A stretch of DNA of 64,000 nt from Bacteroidota bacterium (lineage in GTDB: Bacteria > Bacteroidota > Rhodothermia > Rhodothermales > UBA10348), in contig JADFHF010000002.1 of assembly GCA_022567305.1 (NCBI GenBank), positions 103,762 to 167,761 of the forward strand. Reading direction: 5' to 3'. A program made the position numbers and the translations under genes. The notes under the pieces are model-generated. The model ran no database searches. It was not told the DNA's origin and saw nothing but the letters and a program-made list of their open reading frames with translations. Shown here piece by piece: positions 58,371-64,000 of the stretch. Each line of letters starts with the position of its first letter. Position 1 is the first letter of the stretch.

Positions 58371-59219
58371 TTAGTGGCCGTAGACCTGTCCTTCCTCGAG
58401 TTGAGCTCCGTTCCGACCATTCGCCCGGAATCGAACTGGAATGGTTCGATGCTGGAGCGCGCCCGTGATCGTAAATACCTCGAAATGAAGGTGCGGACCC
58501 GAAGAATATCCAGTGTCTCCTGAATACGCAATCAGTTCTCCACGCCGCACGCGATCTCCCTTATAGACCCGGACACCGTTGGGCATGAGGTGGACATAAT
58601 TTCCGATCGTGCCGTCCGAATGCCGAATCCGGACATAATTGGCTTCCGATATTAACGCCGGGTCAAGACCACCCTGAAATCTTGATTCCTCGATCTCGAC
58701 CACGATTCCGTCCCGAGCCGCTCTCACCCCCGTTCCTCTTGGCATGTCCCAGTCAATTGCATTCTTACCCTCGTGGGATGCCAAGCCATTGTAAGTCTGG
58801 CTTACCATAAACGATTTATTCCGACCAAAGGGGAGACTATACACATACTGATCGTCGTGCTGGGCGTCCAACAATCCGACAACCCATTTCAGATCGAATC
58901 GATACCCCCATTTCCGGTTTGGTTCAGCAATTCGAAGATTCAAAACCGATTCTTTTCCCCTGGCCGTAAACGATCGGATCAGGGGAAGCTTTCGATCGGC
59001 GACCATGTTCTCCAGTCGCAAATTAATCAGCAGCGTAAAGTCCCATGGAATCAGTTTGGAAATAACCAGATTGACTTTATCTCCATCCTGAATGCTTTCG
59101 ATGCAAAACGTATCATCGTAACATTCTTCACGAGCAGCAATCTCCGTGCTGTGGTCGGCATTCGGAATAGGACCAAAAACCTGCCAAATCAGCCCAAATA
59201 TGAAAATGACAAACCGCAT
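58371..59219 (-). CDS. M23 family metallopeptidase
   Basis: HxxxD and HLHFE motifs (IRHSDG..., GPHLHFEV), plus a signal peptide. Confidence 0.85.
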   Translation of the reverse strand: MRFVIFIFGLIWQVFGPIPNADHSTEIAAREECYDDTFCIESIQDGDKVNLVISKLIPWDFTLLINLRLENMVADRKLPLIRSFTARGKESVLNLRIAEPNRKWGYRFDLKWVVGLLDAQHDDQYVYSLPFGRNKSFMVSQTYNGLASHEGKNAIDWDMPRGTGVRAARDGIVVEIEESRFQGGLDPALISEANYVRIRHSDGTIGNYVHLMPNGVRVYKGDRVRRGELIAYSGDTGYSSGPHLHFEVFTITGALQHRTIPVRFRANGRNGAQLEEGQVYGH

Positions 59220-59280
59220 GCGTGTAGTATCGACTCAAACTGCGGTTTTTTCAACGCCAACCGGACAGGGGGTTCCGAAT

Positions 59281-59964
59281 TCAGGCGGTCACCGACCAAG
59301 CACTTTTTAGTGCCTCTACGTTGGTTGAGACGGGGTCGGCTCCACCGAAAACGGCGCTCCCAGCTACAATTACGTCCGCACCCGCTTCCACGACCTCCAA
59401 GATGTTGTCTGGTTTGATTCCACCGTCCACCTCGAGGTGTGCATGGGAGTCCGTTTCGTCAAGCAAGGCCCGTAACTGCCGGATCTTCCGTGTACTCGTC
59501 GGAATGTATCCCTGGCCACCGAACCCCGGATTGACGGACATGATCAGCACGAGGTCAACTTGACCCAGTACATTTTCGATGGTATGGAGCGGTGTATCCG
59601 GATTGAGCGTGACGCCGGGCTTTGCGCCGGCCGATCGGATCCGTTCCAACGTCGCCGATAAATCATGACAGGTTTCTACGTGAACCGTAATAATATCAGA
59701 ACCTGATTCTGCAAACCGATCGATGTACTTCTCCGGATTATGAATCATCAAGTGGACGTCGAGCACAACTCCAGTCCGATCGGCGAGCGGGCGCAGTGCC
59801 CGTACGACCAGGGGGCCAATCGAAATATTGGGAACGAAATGTCCATCCATTACATCGATGTGTAGCCACTCAGCGCCGGCATCGATGGCTTCTTGAGCAT
59901 GAGACCCCAACCGGGCAAAGTCGGCAGATAGAATGGAAGGCGCGAGGATCGGCATAACGACCAT
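59281..59964 (-). CDS. rpe: ribulose-phosphate 3-epimerase
   Basis: ILAPSILSADFARLG, HIDVMDGHFVPN and VDGGI motifs. Confidence 0.95.
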   Translation of the reverse strand: MVVMPILAPSILSADFARLGSHAQEAIDAGAEWLHIDVMDGHFVPNISIGPLVVRALRPLADRTGVVLDVHLMIHNPEKYIDRFAESGSDIITVHVETCHDLSATLERIRSAGAKPGVTLNPDTPLHTIENVLGQVDLVLIMSVNPGFGGQGYIPTSTRKIRQLRALLDETDSHAHLEVDGGIKPDNILEVVEAGADVIVAGSAVFGGADPVSTNVEALKSAWSVTA

Positions 59965-59965
59965 G

Positions 59966-60997
59966 TTAGAATGTCCTGAACAGCGAAATAATCAGGGCAA
60001 TGACCAGGACATTGACAAGCGCAATCGGGAGTAAATATTTCCACCCGAGTGTCATGAGTTGATTGTATTTGAATCGAGGCAATGTCCATCGCACCCAGAT
60101 GAAAAGGTACGCGAAGAATCCAGCCTTCAGAATCAGCGTCATCACCTGAAGCAGCGAGAGCCAAATGCTTCCGTCGAGAGCGGGCACGGCGGAGACCAGC
60201 GCAGACTGAAACGGAATCAGATAGCCGCCAAAAAAGAGCGTAACAATGAAAAATGATGCGACGAAAAAATTGACGTATTCAGCCAGGAAGAACATCCCGA
60301 ACTTCATTCCACTGTATTCGGTGTGGTAGCCTCCGACGAGCTCCTGCTCGGCCTCGGGTAAGTCAAAGGGCGTCCGATTGGTTTCAGCAAAAGCCGTAAC
60401 AATAAAGATCGTGGCGCCGATCGGATTACGGAAAAGATTCCATCCCAACAGCGACATCCCGCCCGCTTGCGATTCGACAATTTCCGTCAGGTTGAGTGTG
60501 CCAGCAATCAATATCACCGATACGACGGCCAGACCCATGCTTAGCTCGTACGAGATCATCTGCGCAGCGGACCTGAGTCCTCCAAGGAGGGAGAACTTGC
60601 TGTTGGAACTCCATCCAGCCAGGGTGATCCCATACACGCTGATGGAAGTAAGCGCCAACAAAACCAAGACGCCAACCCCCAGGTCCGCTACGACCACTCC
60701 CTTTGCGAAAGGAATCAGCGCCCCGGTTGTCATGGCGATTACGACCATCAGAAAGGGAGCCAGCGAGTGGACGAACGGATTGGCGAGGTAAGGCACAATG
60801 TTCTCTTTCAACAAAAGCTTGGCGACATCGGCGAACGGCTGCAGAAACCCGACGGGTCCAACTCGATTGGGACCGGGTCGATTCTGCATTGCGGCCGAGA
60901 TCTTTCGCTCGGCGTACACGAGAACGGATGCGGAGATCAAAAGAAAGTTAACGACGACGAATGCCAGCAGAGCCGACCAATACCAGGGAACTGCCAT
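59966..60997 (-). CDS. nuoH: NADH-quinone oxidoreductase subunit H
   Basis: ERKISAAMQNRPGPNRVGP, and the GYHTEYSGMKFGMFFLAEY signature of NuoH/ND1. Confidence 0.95.
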   Translation of the reverse strand: MAVPWYWSALLAFVVVNFLLISASVLVYAERKISAAMQNRPGPNRVGPVGFLQPFADVAKLLLKENIVPYLANPFVHSLAPFLMVVIAMTTGALIPFAKGVVVADLGVGVLVLLALTSISVYGITLAGWSSNSKFSLLGGLRSAAQMISYELSMGLAVVSVILIAGTLNLTEIVESQAGGMSLLGWNLFRNPIGATIFIVTAFAETNRTPFDLPEAEQELVGGYHTEYSGMKFGMFFLAEYVNFFVASFFIVTLFFGGYLIPFQSALVSAVPALDGSIWLSLLQVMTLILKAGFFAYLFIWVRWTLPRFKYNQLMTLGWKYLLPIALVNVLVIALIISLFRTF

Positions 60998-62718
60998 TAT
61001 ACCGTCTCTCCGATTTCAGATAACCGAATCCCATATTCACCCATTGCTGAATACGTAGCCCCTTCAAATGCAGAATTCGTAGAAGCGAGTTCTGCCATGA
61101 TCGCTTTCGGATTCGTCGTCGGCATGTCCAAACCCAGTGCATTCGCTACGCCCGGGACGGAAACCCAACCAGGTTGGCAGTTTATCAGATTTTCCTCGTT
61201 GTACCACCGGTCAAAGGGTGTTCCGTGTTGGTCCGCGCGACTCCTTCCAATTTCCATGGCCAGTGTCCGATTCACTCCGCGAATGGCTTTTGCGGGTCTG
61301 ACCCGCTGAGCATGTCCGTCTATATTTACGAACGTCCCGACGGTTTCTACAACCGTTGCCGCCGGTAGCGAAACCGTTGCCAGCGGGAGCGTTTGGTTGG
61401 ATTCATTATAGTGATGCAGAATGACCGACACACCGTGAAGGTCGTCACTCGTGCAAAGACCGGTCGAAACGGGATCATCCTCGAGCACGTAAAGGACGTC
61501 GATTTCGCCACCCTTCAGCCTGGGACCGAACAGGTCTGCATCGGCCACTGTGAATCCGAGACGGGCACAGCCGCTGGCATTGGGAGCGCGATCATCCGTG
61601 CGCAGCCAATCGTCGCCCGAACCGACCTCCACATGTTCGATATACATGGGCGCGGCGGTTCCAAGCTTTTCGGCAAGCCTGGCCAGAAGGTAGTTGTCCT
61701 CGACGCTTGCATGGGCAGATCCCAGGAATGCGATCCGGTTTCCATCTACGTTCCCGAGAATATGGGCTGCTCGGGCATATCCATCCTCCCACGATGAGGC
61801 CTCTCCGTCAACAGTGGGTCCTGGTGGTCTATCGTCATTGAATCTTTCGTAGTCGAGGCGGTCGTCATCTGCCAACCAGAACTCGTTTACGTTCATATTC
61901 GTGCGAGGTGTAATTTTCAATACACGGTTGTCCTTCACCCAGTAGTAGCAGTTGGATCCCTTCGCGTTCGTCGTCGTGATCGACGGGGTGCTACTCATTT
62001 CCCAAACCCGGGCCTTGAATCGAAAATCCTCTGACGTAAGGGCACCGACGGGACAAATGTCAATAACGTTCATCGAATAGGGTTCGTCGAATTCAATGCC
62101 CGGCGGTGTCATGGGATAATTCTTGACGCTTCTCTCGACGATCGTGAGCTGGTGGCTCTTTGAAATTTCAGAAGTGAACCGCGTGCACCTTGTGCAATTG
62201 ATGCAACGTTCGGCATCCAAAACAACCCGAGGACCCAGGCGAATATGCTTCGGTTTCGACACTTTCCTGAACTCGAATCGAGATCCTTCCGGACCGTACT
62301 TGTAGGCCTGATTCTGGAGGGGGCAGTGTCCGGCTTGGTCGCAGATCGGACAGTCGAGTGGATGGTTGATGAGCAGAAACTCCAGATTGTCCTTTTGGGC
62401 GCGGCGCACCAGATCGCTCGAACGCTGAGTTCTCACGACGAGGCCATCAGAAATATTCTCGGAACAGCTGGTCATCAACTTGGGGAAAAATCGAATGACC
62501 TCGTTGCCCTCCTCATCGACCATGATCTGACCCGTTTCTCGATCGCGCTCAGGGTTGCCAATCTCGACCAGGCACTGTCTACAATTTGCTGGCGCAGACA
62601 TGGCCGGGTGATAGCAGAAATGCGGTAGTTCAATTTCGCGATCCAAACAAAACTGGAGGAGCGACGGCTGATCGCCCTCGAATTCAAAAATCGTTTTATC
62701 TATCGTGATCTTGGCCAT
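60997..62718 (-). CDS. nuoG: NADH-quinone oxidoreductase subunit G (short form)
   Basis: N-terminal 2Fe-2S and 4Fe-4S cysteine clusters (CYHPAMSAPANCRQCLVE, HPLDCPICDQAGHCPLQ, CINCTRCTRF), followed by a molybdopterin-oxidoreductase-like domain. Confidence 0.9.
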   Translation of the reverse strand: MAKITIDKTIFEFEGDQPSLLQFCLDREIELPHFCYHPAMSAPANCRQCLVEIGNPERDRETGQIMVDEEGNEVIRFFPKLMTSCSENISDGLVVRTQRSSDLVRRAQKDNLEFLLINHPLDCPICDQAGHCPLQNQAYKYGPEGSRFEFRKVSKPKHIRLGPRVVLDAERCINCTRCTRFTSEISKSHQLTIVERSVKNYPMTPPGIEFDEPYSMNVIDICPVGALTSEDFRFKARVWEMSSTPSITTTNAKGSNCYYWVKDNRVLKITPRTNMNVNEFWLADDDRLDYERFNDDRPPGPTVDGEASSWEDGYARAAHILGNVDGNRIAFLGSAHASVEDNYLLARLAEKLGTAAPMYIEHVEVGSGDDWLRTDDRAPNASGCARLGFTVADADLFGPRLKGGEIDVLYVLEDDPVSTGLCTSDDLHGVSVILHHYNESNQTLPLATVSLPAATVVETVGTFVNIDGHAQRVRPAKAIRGVNRTLAMEIGRSRADQHGTPFDRWYNEENLINCQPGWVSVPGVANALGLDMPTTNPKAIMAELASTNSAFEGATYSAMGEYGIRLSEIGETV

Positions 62719-62740
62719 CTAAAACACATCGACTCCTGAT

Positions 62741-64000
62741 TTATTCTACCGTTTCCATAACCTCGGCCCCGGGGACCAATGACGGCCGACATCGAGCTTC
62801 AAATTCTTCCCGAAATCGCTCGATCGTATATCTTACCGGCCAGGCAGCAGCGTCTGCGAGGGCGCAAACAGTCCTTCCCTCCATCTGAGAACAGAGATCG
62901 ACGAGCAGATCCAGGTCGCGGATATTTCCTTCTCCCTCCTCGATGCGACTTACTATGTTCTCGAGCCACCCTGTTCCCTCTCTACACGGCGTACACTGAC
63001 CACAACTTTCGTGGTGGTAGAAATGCGTCACCCGGCGAAGCCAGGCCACTATGTCCGTATCCTCATCCATGATGAGCATACCGCCAGTTCCCATCATCGA
63101 GCCTGCATCGCGCAGTGTTTCGGCGTCCATCGTGACTCCATCGATCATGGCTGCGGTTAGTATCGGAGTAGAGCTGCCGCCCGGCACGACGGCTTTTAGT
63201 TTTTTTCCGTTTCGCATTCCACCTGCCACCTGTTCGATGAGATCGGTGATCAGCATTCCGGTTGGATATTCGTAGACGCCGGGCCGGTTGACATGACCGG
63301 AGATCCCGTAGAGCACGGGTCCCGGATGTCGTTCGGCTCCGATCTGGGAAAACCATTCTCCGCCGTAGCGAAGGATGAGTGGGACACAAGCCAGCGTTTC
63401 GACATTGTTGATGGTCGTCGGATATCCCCAAATTCCTTTTTGGGCGGGGAAGGGAGGTTTCACCCTCGGGTAAGCTCGCTTTCCTTCGAGCGAGTCCATC
63501 AAGCTTGATTCTTCTCCACAGATGTAAGCGCCAGCACCCTTGTGAATTACGATTTCGGTAGAGAATTCCGAACCCAAAATATTCTGGCCCACATATCCTT
63601 TGGCGTACACCTTCTCCAGCTCAGCCTCCATATGCGTGATCCAGTCGGCGAATTCGCCGCGCACGTATATATACGCTGTCTTGATTGACATTGCGTAGCA
63701 AGCCAGAAGAATTCCCTCGAAGACGAGGTGCGGATTGTATTCCATGAGTTGCCGATCCTTGAACGTTCCCGGCTCCGACTCATCGGCGTTGCAACAAAGA
63801 AACCTCGGCACATTCTCGTCAACCGGCGGCATAAAAGTCCATTTCAATCCGCAGGGGAAGCCTGCACCGCCGCGCCCTCGTAACACACTCTGCTGGACCT
63901 CCTCCGTGACCGCTGGAGGGGTCCACTTGGCCGTCGACAAGGCATCTCGGAATGTCTGGTACCCACCCTCGGCTTCATACACCTCCAATTTGTGGAGGTC
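62741..64000 (-). CDS. nuoF: NADH-quinone oxidoreductase subunit F (5' end outside the window)
   Basis: GRGGAGFPCGLKW (FMN site), GAGAYICGEESSL, and the ESCGQCTPCREG 4Fe-4S motif. The reading frame stays open to the window edge. Confidence 0.93.
   Translation of the reverse strand, partial: DLHKLEVYEAEGGYQTFRDALSTAKWTPPAVTEEVQQSVLRGRGGAGFPCGLKWTFMPPVDENVPRFLCCNADESEPGTFKDRQLMEYNPHLVFEGILLACYAMSIKTAYIYVRGEFADWITHMEAELEKVYAKGYVGQNILGSEFSTEIVIHKGAGAYICGEESSLMDSLEGKRAYPRVKPPFPAQKGIWGYPTTINNVETLACVPLILRYGGEWFSQIGAERHPGPVLYGISGHVNRPGVYEYPTGMLITDLIEQVAGGMRNGKKLKAVVPGGSSTPILTAAMIDGVTMDAETLRDAGSMMGTGGMLIMDEDTDIVAWLRRVTHFYHHESCGQCTPCREGTGWLENIVSRIEEGEGNIRDLDLLVDLCSQMEGRTVCALADAAAWPVRYTIERFREEFEARCRPSLVPGAEVMETVE

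Noticed and set aside
58773-59417. 214-aa plus-strand ORF spanning the M23 peptidase and the rpe 3' end
   Set aside because: It overlaps two well-supported minus-strand genes and crosses their intergenic region. This is a shadow ORF.
1-64000. Scan for CRISPR arrays, tRNA/rRNA genes, IS elements, integrases, toxin-antitoxin pairs or known defence-system genes
   Set aside because: I found no repeat-spacer periodicity and no T-arm/acceptor-like sequences in any intergenic gap. No ORF carries transposase, integrase, nuclease-helicase or reverse-transcriptase motifs. The scan was by eye, so short or degenerate elements could have been missed.

Overview
The window is about 90% coding, with roughly 48 genes. 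All calls were made by eye from the ORF translations; no BLAST, HMM or folding tools were run. The gene families present suggest a Bacteroidota/Rhodothermota-type chromosome: BshB1 plus BshC, a TonB-dependent receptor with CarboxypepD_reg and STN domains followed by DUF4249, a PUR/DUF3276 protein, DUF4159, and a BamD lipoprotein.

Most of the window is housekeeping:
- Central and amino-acid metabolism: gcvP, gcvH, glyA, guaA, accB/accC, hisC, pheA, rpe.
- Translation and RNA processing: rnc, efp, leuS, argS.
- Cofactor, recombination, secretion and respiration: nadD, recX, tatC, nuoF-G-H.

I found no rRNA, tRNA, CRISPR array, transposase, integrase or recognisable defence gene.

The one clearly accessory region is a co-directional six-gene block at about 18.9-30.1 kb. 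I read it as a synthase-dependent exopolysaccharide locus built around a PgaC/IcaA-type processive GT2. Its accessory set is non-canonical:
- a cytoplasmic protein that fuses a degenerate RecA/KaiC-like ATPase to a degenerate GGDEF domain retaining an RxxD motif (BcsE-like logic);
- an 1161-aa TPR plus putative beta-barrel exporter;
- a small single-pass membrane protein;
- two tandem paralogous periplasmic proteins that appear to combine a GH42M/GATase1-like domain with a catalytically degenerate CE4-like domain.

Its divergent promoter region carries a perfect 14-nt palindrome and three 12-nt phased direct repeats.

Secondary oddities:
- an acylating aldehyde dehydrogenase with a 101-aa disordered C-terminal tail ending in an encapsulation-peptide-like amphipathic helix;
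- an unexplained 770-bp gap at 15889-16657;
- an ECF sigma/FecR/TBDR/DUF4249 cell-surface signalling cluster with a strong hairpin between the sigma and anti-sigma genes;
- a nuoFGH operon that runs directly into rpe.
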